64,000 bases of DNA, taken from NCBI GenBank assembly GCA_963789395.1, contig CAWBKP010000013.1:96001-160000 (forward strand), written 5' to 3'. Made by a program: the position numbers and the translations under genes. Of the stretch, positions 36,599 to 45,678 are shown piece by piece. This DNA comes from an uncultured delta proteobacterium (GTDB taxonomy: Bacteria > Desulfobacterota > Desulfobacteria > Desulfobacterales > Desulfatirhabdiaceae). Every line of letters begins with the position of its first letter. The stretch's first letter is position 1. The notes below the pieces were generated by a model. The model saw only the letters and a program-made list of their open reading frames with translations, did not search any database and was not told the DNA's origin.

Positions 36599-38323
36599 AT
36601 GAAGGATGCAATGGACAGGTTGCCGCTTTTAAACAATTATGTCGAGCACTGGGCGGAAAAGGTTCCGGACAAGGCGGCAATGATCCAGCATGAAGACGGC
36701 AAGACGGTAACCTACGGTAAATTTAAAACGCTTATTGATTTTTTTGCATTGAAGCTGCTTGATATGGGTATAGGCAGGGGGGACCGCGTTGCCACGCAGC
36801 TTGTACTCATTCCTGAACACATCATATTCATGTATGCCTGTTTTAAAATAGGCGCAATTATTGCCCCTCTGGATCTCCGCCTCAAGGAAGACGAGGTGGT
36901 GCGTGATCTGGGCAAGATCAAACCAAGGGTGTTCTTTTTTCTTGGTAAAACCCCTGTTGTCGATTTTACGAAAATCGGTGAAGCTGTCCGTGACCGATGC
37001 CCGTATGTGGAACACCTTGTCCAGTTTACACCGGATCCAAAGCCGGGTGAAATCATCACCGGCGCCGTATCAATTTCTGAATTGATGCACAACGGACGCC
37101 TCATATGGCTTAAAATCAAGAATATTTTCACCCGGAGGCTGGAAAGGGCTTATGCAGAGATCGGGCCCAAGACGCCGGCGCTTATCATTTATACGACGGG
37201 GACCACCGGTGAGCCAAAACCGGCGGTGCTGTGCCATGAAAACATTCTTGTGCAAAACGCGATCCTTGCCCGTGGTACCGGCCTTTCACCGGACATGCGA
37301 GTTCTGATCAACCTTCCGCCGAGCCATGTGGGCTGTGTAACGGAGCTTTTCATGACCACAACCTATTGTGGCGGCACATCGGTTTTTCTTCGCATCTTTG
37401 ATGTCGCACTGACCCTGGAAGCCGTTGAGAAATGGAAAATCAATGCTCTTGGCCAGATTCCGACACAGTTTCGGATGCTGTGGGCCCATAAGGACTATGA
37501 TCAATATAATTTGAAAAGCCTCAAATTCGTTGCCTATGCCGGGGCTGCGGTTGACGTTGCATTTTTAAAAAAGCTGTCAAAGATGGCGCCGCGTTTCGGT
37601 ACCGGTATCGGAATGACCGAGAACGCCGGCTTTGCCACATTCACCCCCGAGGGGATATCCATTGAGGAGATGGCCGGTCAGGTAGGGCAGGCATATCCGG
37701 ACCTGGCTCCGGTTACCGTCCGCAGTCCGATGAACGAAGATGGTACGGCAGGCGTTGAGCTGCCCGTTGGGGAAGTCGGCGAAATATGCTATCATCCGCC
37801 CATCGTTTTTCCCGGCTATTTCAACCAGCCCGATGAGACAGCCAGGGCGATTTCAAAAGAGGGAATCCTTTACACGGGAGACCTCGGGTATTTCAAGGAG
37901 ATGGGAAGCTACCGTGCGCTCTACCTTTCGGGAAGACGCAAGTTTATGATAAAGCAGAAAGGCTACAATGTGTTTCCCGATGAAGTCGAGTCGTTTATTG
38001 CCGGCATGCCGGGCGTTGATGTCGCAGAAGTTGTCGGGATGCCTCACCGTATTTTTGACGAAGGCATTTTTGCCTTTGTGCGCCCGGCAGCAGGAATTTC
38101 TCTTTCACCGGAAGCTGTAATGGGCTACTGTAAATCGATTGCATCCTACAAGCGGCCCCAGCATGTGGAAATATGGCCGGCTGACAAACCGTTTCCGCTT
38201 ACCCGAAGTACAAAAGTGGATAAACTGGCCCTGCAGGAACTGGCGGCGGAAATCATCAAGGGGCTCCGGGAAAAAGGAAAATGGGATATCTTGAATGACG
38301 GATCACGGGAGTTGAAACCCTGA
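36599..38323 (+). CDS. Acyl-CoA synthetase (AMP-forming)
   Basis: YTTGTTGEPK, GMTE, YTGDLG, GYNVFPDEVE and the catalytic Lys in STKVDK. Confidence 0.9.
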   Translation: MKDAMDRLPLLNNYVEHWAEKVPDKAAMIQHEDGKTVTYGKFKTLIDFFALKLLDMGIGRGDRVATQLVLIPEHIIFMYACFKIGAIIAPLDLRLKEDEVVRDLGKIKPRVFFFLGKTPVVDFTKIGEAVRDRCPYVEHLVQFTPDPKPGEIITGAVSISELMHNGRLIWLKIKNIFTRRLERAYAEIGPKTPALIIYTTGTTGEPKPAVLCHENILVQNAILARGTGLSPDMRVLINLPPSHVGCVTELFMTTTYCGGTSVFLRIFDVALTLEAVEKWKINALGQIPTQFRMLWAHKDYDQYNLKSLKFVAYAGAAVDVAFLKKLSKMAPRFGTGIGMTENAGFATFTPEGISIEEMAGQVGQAYPDLAPVTVRSPMNEDGTAGVELPVGEVGEICYHPPIVFPGYFNQPDETARAISKEGILYTGDLGYFKEMGSYRALYLSGRRKFMIKQKGYNVFPDEVESFIAGMPGVDVAEVVGMPHRIFDEGIFAFVRPAAGISLSPEAVMGYCKSIASYKRPQHVEIWPADKPFPLTRSTKVDKLALQELAAEIIKGLREKGKWDILNDGSRELKP

Positions 38324-38386
38324 AGGCCCCGGTGATCGATATAAACCACCCGCAATTTGCACTGATTATAGAAATGGAGACCCGTC

Positions 38387-39286
38387 ATGGAGTTGAGTGG
38401 AATTTACCCCATCGTTCCAACCCCCTTTCTGGATAACGGGGAGATCGACTTTGCCAGCATCGAACGGCTGGTTGACTTCATGGCAGGCAAAAAAGTTCAT
38501 GGGCTGGCGATCATGGGGGCCCTGGGCGAAGGCCACAAGTTGACGGAGACGGAGCGAACGCAGGTTGTCAAGGCTTACCGGACATGCCTGCCCCGGGGCA
38601 TGGGTCTGGTTGTCGGGGTGCGAGCCCCGGCCACGGACCCGGCCAGGACAATGGTCACGAGCGCCCGGGATCTTGGCGCGGATGCCATCCTGCTCGGTCC
38701 CCACAATGTCCAGAAGGATGCGCCGCTTCTGGAATATTACCGTCAGGTGTCCGATGCCGCCCGGATCCCCTGCATCATCCACGACTACCCTGCCGTAACC
38801 GGCATTACCCTGTCGGTGGAGCTGATTGCCCGCATTGCCGAAGCCTCGGAAAATATCCGGTATATCAAACTTGAAGATCCGCCGACCGGGATGAAGATGC
38901 AGGCCCTGGCCGGGACTGCCGGGGCCCGGTTGAAGGTTTTCGGCGCCCTGGGCGGGATGTATGCCCTGGAGGAACTGGAGCTGGGGGCTGTGGGGATCAT
39001 GACGGGATTTGTTTATGCCGAACTTCTTGTCCAGCTCTACGAACTGGCCCGAAACGGCCAGTGGAAACAGGCTGCAGATCTTTTTTATGATTTTCTGCCT
39101 TTGAACCGGTGGGAATTCCAGCCCGGAATCGGGGTTTCGCTCCGCAAGCAGGTTTTAAAGCACCTGGGTGTTTTTACCACGGCCAAGGTCAGGCATCCCG
39201 GTCCGGATGCCGACCCCAGGACCATGGCGCAGTTGTTCCGGATTGTCAGACATCTCCGGGACAAAGGCTACCCCCTTGCTGTCTGA
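38387..39286 (+). CDS. Dihydrodipicolinate synthase family aldolase
   Basis: PIVPTPF, GALGE, HDYP and the Schiff-base Lys in YIKLED. Confidence 0.88.
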   Translation: MELSGIYPIVPTPFLDNGEIDFASIERLVDFMAGKKVHGLAIMGALGEGHKLTETERTQVVKAYRTCLPRGMGLVVGVRAPATDPARTMVTSARDLGADAILLGPHNVQKDAPLLEYYRQVSDAARIPCIIHDYPAVTGITLSVELIARIAEASENIRYIKLEDPPTGMKMQALAGTAGARLKVFGALGGMYALEELELGAVGIMTGFVYAELLVQLYELARNGQWKQAADLFYDFLPLNRWEFQPGIGVSLRKQVLKHLGVFTTAKVRHPGPDADPRTMAQLFRIVRHLRDKGYPLAV

Positions 39287-39437
39287 AATCCGAAACCCGG
39301 ATATGACCTTGTTTCACGCGTGTTCTGTCGCGTGCGCACAAAAGTTGGAACATCCCTTTTGACTTTTCGAGTCCCGGGAATTGGTATTCGGGCGGCTGAA
39401 GAAATGAATCTGTGAAATAATACAGGAGGACTACAGC

Positions 39438-40475
39438 ATGAAATATCGACTTTTGGGACAAACCGGTCTCTACGTTTCGGAACTGTGTCTCGGAACCATG
39501 ACTTATGGCAGCGCCGGGTTCTGGGAAGTCATGGGCGGTCTGGACCAGGCGGCGGTGAGCGCGCAGGTCAGATACGCCTTTGACCGCGGAATCAACTTTA
39601 TCGACACTGCCAATGTTTACTCGATCGGGCAGTCGGAGCAGATGGTCGGGCAGGCCCTCCGGGATCTGGGGCTGCCGCGTGACGAACTGGTGATTGCCAC
39701 CAAGGCAACCGGTGTCATGGACGAGCTGCCAAACGGCCGGGGCCAGTCGCGCTTCCACCTGATGAACGCTGTGGAAGCAAGCCTGAAGCGTCTCCAGTTG
39801 GACCATCTGGATCTTTTTCTTTTGCACGGGTTTGATCCCCTGACCCCGCTGGAGGAAGCGCTTGGCACGCTGAATGACCTGGTTCGCTCCGGCAAGGTAC
39901 GCTACATCGGTTTGTGCAATATGGCAGCCTGGCAGATCATGAAGGGGCTGGCCATTTCCGAAAAACGGGGTTGGTCGCGCTTTGCGGCTGTCCAGTCCTA
40001 TTATACCATCGCCGGCCGCGATCTGGAGCGGGAAGTGGTGCCGCTCATCCGAGATCAGGGGTTGGGGCTCATGGTCTGGAGTCCCCTGGCAGGTGGTCTG
40101 CTGACCGGCAAATTCAGTCCGGACGGCAAAGGGCCGGGCGACAGCCGGCGCAGCAAGTTCGACTTTCCCCTTGTCGACAAGGAGCGGGCCTACCGCTGCG
40201 TGGATGCCATGCGACCCATGGCGGAGCAGCGCGGCGTCTCCATCGCCAGGATTGCGCTGGCCTGGGTTCTGTCACAGCCGCCGGTCTCCTCGGTGATTGT
40301 CGGGGCCAAAACCATCGATCAGCTCAAGGACAACCTGGAAGCTGCGGAAGTGGTGCTGAGCGCCGGGGAACTCGAGACGCTGGGCCAGGTCAGCCGGTTG
40401 CCGGAGGAATATCCGGGCTGGATGCTGGAACGGCAGAAGCAGTACCGGGCAGAAATCCCGGAACGGAAAAGATAA
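39438..40475 (+). CDS. Aldo/keto reductase
   Basis: LCLGTM, GINFIDTANVY, IATK, GKVRYIG and WSPLAGG. Confidence 0.93.
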   Translation: MKYRLLGQTGLYVSELCLGTMTYGSAGFWEVMGGLDQAAVSAQVRYAFDRGINFIDTANVYSIGQSEQMVGQALRDLGLPRDELVIATKATGVMDELPNGRGQSRFHLMNAVEASLKRLQLDHLDLFLLHGFDPLTPLEEALGTLNDLVRSGKVRYIGLCNMAAWQIMKGLAISEKRGWSRFAAVQSYYTIAGRDLEREVVPLIRDQGLGLMVWSPLAGGLLTGKFSPDGKGPGDSRRSKFDFPLVDKERAYRCVDAMRPMAEQRGVSIARIALAWVLSQPPVSSVIVGAKTIDQLKDNLEAAEVVLSAGELETLGQVSRLPEEYPGWMLERQKQYRAEIPERKR

Positions 40476-40553
40476 AAAATAACGCCGGGATTCGTTGGCT
40501 ATGACGACACTTTCGACTGGAAAGCCTGGCCAAAACGATGGCCAGGTGAAGAG

Positions 40554-40608
40554 TTTTAAATGATCAATACAGCTGATCGCTCCGCTTCGGCTGATTTTTT
40601 CGTTAGTT
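40554..40608 (+). other. attC-like site
   Basis: TTTTAAA-tgatc-AATACAGC...GCTGATT-ttttc-GTTAGTT. Box spacing is canonical, with one extra base in L''. R'' reads AAA instead of AAC. Confidence 0.6.
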
Positions 40609-40625
40609 CTCAAGGAAATTAAAAT

Positions 40626-40985
40626 ATGAATGTCGTAGATCTGAAAGAGAAATTTTCATTATTCAACGAATACTGGAGTCCGAAAATTGCGGGTGAACTC
40701 AACGGTCAATATGTAAAACTTGCAAAATTGAAAGGTGAATTTGTCTGGCATCACCATGAACATGAAGACGAACTTTTCATGGTGGTTAAAGGAAAACTAA
40801 CCATCAAATTGAAAGACCAAAATATCGAACTGAACGAAGGGCAATTTTTCATAATCCCTCGCGGTGTCGAACATCTTCCCGTGGCCGAAGAAGAATGCCA
40901 TGTCATGCTTTTTGAACCGAAATCTGTTCTCAACACTGGAAATACAAAAAATGAAAAAACAGTCGAGAAACTCGAAACGATCTAA
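40626..40985 (+). CDS. Cupin domain protein
   Basis: WSPKIAGELNG, GEFVWHHHE.EDELF and PRGVEHLP. Confidence 0.9.
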   Translation: MNVVDLKEKFSLFNEYWSPKIAGELNGQYVKLAKLKGEFVWHHHEHEDELFMVVKGKLTIKLKDQNIELNEGQFFIIPRGVEHLPVAEEECHVMLFEPKSVLNTGNTKNEKTVEKLETI

Positions 40986-41047
40986 CTTCGAAAAAGCAAG
41001 CTAACAAATCCGGAGCCTCCGGAAAATATGGAAATGATTGAACCGGC

Positions 41048-42371
41048 ATGAGCAATCCCGGAAAAAAGAACCTCGGCTACTGGGAGGTAACAGCAATAGG
41101 TATCGGCGGTATGGTCGGCGGCGGGATCTTTGCTGTCTTAGGCCTGTCCGTGGAGTTAACCGGTGGAGGAGCGCCGATAGCCTTCTTGATTGCTGGGGTC
41201 GTTGCCCTTGTGACCGCCTATTCGTATGCCCGTCTCTCTGTCACGTATCCCAGTCAAGGCGGAACGGTTGCATTCCTGGATCGGGCATTCGGCGTCAGGC
41301 CTGCTGACTGGGAGCATGAACATCTTGCTCTGGATTAGTTATATCGTCATGCTTTCGCTGTATGCCTATGCTTTCGGAAGCTATGGCGCATCATTCTTTC
41401 CGCCGGATTCTCAAGTTTTCTGGAAACATAGTCTGATCACGGGCAGTATCGTTGGCATTACCGGGCTGAATCTGGCGAACGCCAAGTTGATCGGTGAGGC
41501 CGAAGACTGGATTGTGCTTATCAAGCTGGTGATTCTCGTCCTGTTCATTGCCGCTGGTATCTGGGGCGTTGACAGCACCCGGCTGGCCCCGTCAACATGG
41601 TCATCCCCTGTGCATCTGATTGCAGGCGGGATGATTATTTTTGTGGCTTATGAGGGATTTGAGTTGATTGCCAATACCGCTCTGGATGTGCGAGACCCGG
41701 CCAGGACCTTGCCCCGCGCTTTTTATTCCAGCGTTGGTTTCGTGATAGCGCTTTATGTCCTCGTTGCCGCGGTTACTGTCGGAACGCTGCCTGTCGAAAA
41801 GATCGTAAATGCCAAAGACTACGCTCTTGCTGAGGCAGCCCTGCCGGCCCTGGGACAAACAGGATTTCTCTTGATTGCCATCGCTGCCATGCTTTCAACG
41901 GCTTCAGCCATGAATGCCACAGTTTACGGTGCTGCCCGGCTGAGTTATGTCATTGCAAAAGATGGGGAACTTCCGAGTATTTTGGAAAGGAAAACCTGGG
42001 GAAAGCCCTTGGAAGGACTGTTGATTACTTCAGGTCTTACCCTGTTGATCGCCAATCTGGCCGACATCTCCAGTATGTCAACGATGGGCAGTGCCGGCTT
42101 TCTCCTGATCTTTGCTGCGGTCAATGGTGCCAATGTGTTACTGGCAGACGAAACGCTGAGCAAACGTTATCTCTCGTTCAGCGGAGTCGGGCTGTGCCTT
42201 GGTGCATTGGGGACCCTGCTTTGGCAGACTGCAATCAGTTCACCCGGTCAGATCTGGTTTCTGTGCGCAATGACAGGGGCGGCATTTTTTATCGAAATCA
42301 CCTTTCGTGTGGCTACGGGGCGAAAATTGAATCTATCAAAGGTCCAAAAGAAAAGCTCACCCAAATATTGA
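41048..42371 (+). CDS. APC family amino acid permease (frameshift near 41295)
   Basis: GIGGMVGGGIF, SYARL...PSQGG, AYEGFE and GAARLSY. Confidence 0.88.
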
Positions 42372-42475
42372 GAACTGTCCGAACGGTTTTGTGGCAAAAC
42401 CCATCAAGCACTATTTTTATAAAGAACCATCTTCCATCTGGTAACTGACGCACTCACACTTTATGGGGCAACGAT

Positions 42476-43108
42476 TTGTCTTTTTTATATATTGCATTAG
42501 GCTTGGTTTCATTTTTGGCCCTGGTGGCGATTGTCTGGAGGCTTTTTTCGATCCGCATATCCATTCCTTGTCCTGCATGGTTGGGCTGGCTTGTTGAACT
42601 TGATAACCCTTTTTTTCGAAACAACAGGGCTGATGTAATTATTGAGCATTTGGCGCTTCAGCCAGGGATGAAAGTATTGGATTTTGGCTGTGGTCCAGGC
42701 AGGCTGACGATTCCGCTGGCAAAAAGGGTTGGTCCGGCAGGCGAAGTAACAGCCCTTGATGTACAACCCGGCATGTTACAAAAAGTCAGGGCAAGACGTG
42801 AGACCGAAAAACTTGGCAACATTAAGCTTTTGCAGGCGCATTCAGGGGAAGGAAAGCTTGAGCGTAACCACTATGACCGTGTTCTGCTGGTTACTGTGCT
42901 CGGAGAAATCCCCGCTAAGGGCTCAGCACTGGAGGAAATATTTGGCAGTTTGAAGCAACATGGCATTCTTTCCGTAACTGAGGTAATTGCTGACCCTCAC
43001 TTTATGCGGTGTCGGACTGTAAGACAACTGGCCATTTCTGCCGGTTTTAAAGAGAAGGGCTTTTATGGCAACAAGGTTTCTTTCACAATGAACTTTGAAA
43101 AACTGTGA
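42476..43108 (+). CDS. Class I SAM-dependent methyltransferase with an N-terminal membrane anchor
   Basis: VLDFGCGPG, ALDVQ and VTVLGEIP. Confidence 0.88.
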   Translation: MSFLYIALGLVSFLALVAIVWRLFSIRISIPCPAWLGWLVELDNPFFRNNRADVIIEHLALQPGMKVLDFGCGPGRLTIPLAKRVGPAGEVTALDVQPGMLQKVRARRETEKLGNIKLLQAHSGEGKLERNHYDRVLLVTVLGEIPAKGSALEEIFGSLKQHGILSVTEVIADPHFMRCRTVRQLAISAGFKEKGFYGNKVSFTMNFEKL

Positions 43109-43200
43109 CGCGTCCAACAAACGGCTGGCCCAAACATGCCGTCGCATGTACGGGCAACCGAATATCGATGATGAGGATGAATTTTCTAAGGAGCAGGCCC

Positions 43201-43908
43201 ATGGATAGCGGCTTACACATACCGGCAGAATATGACAAAAAGGGCGGGATCAGCCTGCCCAAAGTGCTGTTGATCGTACTGGTCACCATCCTGGTGACGC
43301 TTGGTTGCAGCTACTGGTTTTTGAAGACCTACGTGTTCGCCCGCGATTTCAAACCGGTTGAACTCAGTGCGAAAGAACAACAGGTGCTTGACAGCAAGCT
43401 GCGAATGCTGGGTTATCAGCCTGAAAGCGGCCGAACCGAGTCTGCCCGGCCGTCTCCCGGGGAGTTCGATGCGCGCGGCGTGCTCAAGCCGGAACGCTAT
43501 AGCGAGGCGGGTGCAAAACGCGAGGTCAGTTTCAACGAACGCGAGCTGAACGCTCTCCTGGCGCATAACACCGATCTGGCGCGCAAACTCGCCATCGACC
43601 TGTCAGAGGATCTGGTCAGCGTCAAGCTGCTCGTGCCCATGGAGCCGGACTTTCCGGTGCTGGGCGGCAAAACCCTGCGTTTCAACGCCGGTGTTGCTAT
43701 GGCCTACCAGGGCGGCAGACCGTCAGTGATGTTGAAGGGAGTCAGCATTATGGGCGTGCCGGTGCCCAATGCCTGGCTGGGCGGCCTGAAAAATATCGAT
43801 CTGGTGGCGGAAACCGGCGGCGGGACGGGATTCTGGAAAACTTTTTCCGAAGGTGTCGAGGATATCCGCGTTGAGGATGGCCGCATCAAGATAAAGTTGA
43901 AGGAATAA
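43201..43908 (+). CDS. Hypothetical membrane-anchored protein
   Basis: One N-terminal TM helix and a GGAG RBS before the ATG at 43201. No motif recognised. Confidence 0.65.
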   Translation: MDSGLHIPAEYDKKGGISLPKVLLIVLVTILVTLGCSYWFLKTYVFARDFKPVELSAKEQQVLDSKLRMLGYQPESGRTESARPSPGEFDARGVLKPERYSEAGAKREVSFNERELNALLAHNTDLARKLAIDLSEDLVSVKLLVPMEPDFPVLGGKTLRFNAGVAMAYQGGRPSVMLKGVSIMGVPVPNAWLGGLKNIDLVAETGGGTGFWKTFSEGVEDIRVEDGRIKIKLKE

Positions 43909-44018
43909 GAAAGGGAAGGCAAGCCCGGATCAACACCATCTGGTCTATCAACAGATCAACGCAACCTTGCTGCTTCGAACGAGGGCCCGTCATACGGGAT
44001 TTTGGTTGGCATGGAGCC

Positions 44019-45368
44019 ATGGATAAAAAAACGAAACGTACCCTTGAAGAAATTTTCATGGCCGGCGTCAACGCGGTGGATCCCGAAGAGGCGATCCGGC
44101 GTCACGTTCAATTGACGGGAGATCATCTCAAAGTCGGTGAGCATGTGTACCCCCTTGCCGCCTTCGAGAGGATTATCGTGACCGGGTTCGGAAAAGGAAC
44201 CGCACCCATGGCCAGGGCCCTCGAGCATATCCTGGGTGATTGCCTTACGGAGGGCTGGATTACCGTTAAGTACGGTCATGGACTTCCATTGAACAAAGTT
44301 CGTGTGATGGAAGCAGGTCACCCCATACCGGATCAGGCCGGATTGCAGGCCACACGATTTCTCCTGGATCGTCTAAAGGGGTGCACGGAAAAAGATCTTG
44401 TCCTGTGCGCATTTTCAGGTGGGGGCAGCGCCCTTTCTCCCGCCCCCCGGGCACCACTCAAACTGGAAGAAAAACAAAAGACGACTCAGCTTCTTCTGAA
44501 TTGCGGTGCGACGATTTTCGAGCTCAACGCCATCCGCAAACACCTGTCCCGCTGCAAGGGGGGCCAACTGGCCCGAATAGCATTTCCAGCCACACTTGTT
44601 TCCCTGTATTTATCGGATGTGGTGGGTGACCCCCTTGATGTCATCGCATCGGGTCCCACGGTTGCCGATCCGAGTACTTTTTCCGATTGCATCCGTATTG
44701 TTGATCGGTACGGTCTTTTCGAAAAATTGCCTCCTGCGGTGCTCAAGCTGCTGCAAGACGGTGCCCAAGGGTTGATTGAGGATACTCCCAAAGCTGAAGA
44801 TGTTGTTTTCAAGGCTGCCCAGAACCTGGTTGTCGGGAGCAATCGCGCAGCGCTTCTTGCCGCTGCGCGCAAGGCAGAGCAACTCGGTTACAACACCCTT
44901 GTTCTCTCCTCCTTTGTTGAGGGGGAGGCCCGGGAGATCGCCCGAACCTTTACTGCAATCGGAAAAGAGATCGTGATGTCGGGACATCCCATCCAGCCAC
45001 CCGCATGTATTCTGGCGGGAGGCGAGAGCACGGTTACCATTCGGGGCAACGGGAAGGGAGGTCGGAACCAGGAACTGGCCCTTGCTGCGGCTCAGGCAAT
45101 GGACGGGTGGTCGCAGATGGCCCTTCTTAGTGCGGGAACCGATGGAACGGACGGACCTACGGATGCGGCCGGGGCGTTTGTCGATGGTCATACCTGTATA
45201 GATGCGCTCCGCATGGGAAACGATCCCGAAAAGTACCTCCTGGAGAATAACGCATATCATTTTTTCAACCAATTGGACGATCTCTTCATAACCGGTCCGA
45301 CCCGCACGAATGTCATGGACGTTATCTGTCTGCTGGTCAGCCGCTCTCCTATCGGGATATCACCTTAG
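44019..45368 (+). CDS. Glycerate 2-kinase (MOFRL family)
   Basis: GFGK, EAGHPIPD, SGGGSAL, SDVVGD, GGRNQE, GTDGTDG and TGPTRTNVMD. Confidence 0.92.
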   Translation: MDKKTKRTLEEIFMAGVNAVDPEEAIRRHVQLTGDHLKVGEHVYPLAAFERIIVTGFGKGTAPMARALEHILGDCLTEGWITVKYGHGLPLNKVRVMEAGHPIPDQAGLQATRFLLDRLKGCTEKDLVLCAFSGGGSALSPAPRAPLKLEEKQKTTQLLLNCGATIFELNAIRKHLSRCKGGQLARIAFPATLVSLYLSDVVGDPLDVIASGPTVADPSTFSDCIRIVDRYGLFEKLPPAVLKLLQDGAQGLIEDTPKAEDVVFKAAQNLVVGSNRAALLAAARKAEQLGYNTLVLSSFVEGEAREIARTFTAIGKEIVMSGHPIQPPACILAGGESTVTIRGNGKGGRNQELALAAAQAMDGWSQMALLSAGTDGTDGPTDAAGAFVDGHTCIDALRMGNDPEKYLLENNAYHFFNQLDDLFITGPTRTNVMDVICLLVSRSPIGISP

Positions 45369-45429
45369 GCCCTTGACCTGTTTATCTCGACATGACTCGT
45401 TGCAGAGATTCCAGCAATGCTCTTTTTCC

Positions 45430-45465
45430 TTGACACGTAGTTACAATATGGCTATATCGTAACTA
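45430..45465 (+). promoter_or_regulatory. Putative sigma-70 promoter of the bam operon with an overlapping palindromic operator
   Basis: TTGACA-N17-TATATC, overlapped by TAGTTACAATAT-N4-ATATCGTAACTA. Confidence 0.65.
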
Positions 45466-45678
45466 TATTGTTCCAAGGTTTAATAGAATGGGCGCTGAAT
45501 ATGCTCAGCGCCTATGATATCGATTTTGATGAATAAAACAGCTTCAGCAACTTAAGCGATTCCAACCTTCTCCCGACGGGTGAAGGCCGTTTGATATCAA
45601 TTGCCTGCAACCCATCATTAATCAACAGAAAACCGAAAAGCATGCCACGGATTCAGGTAATATAGAAGGGGACAACAC

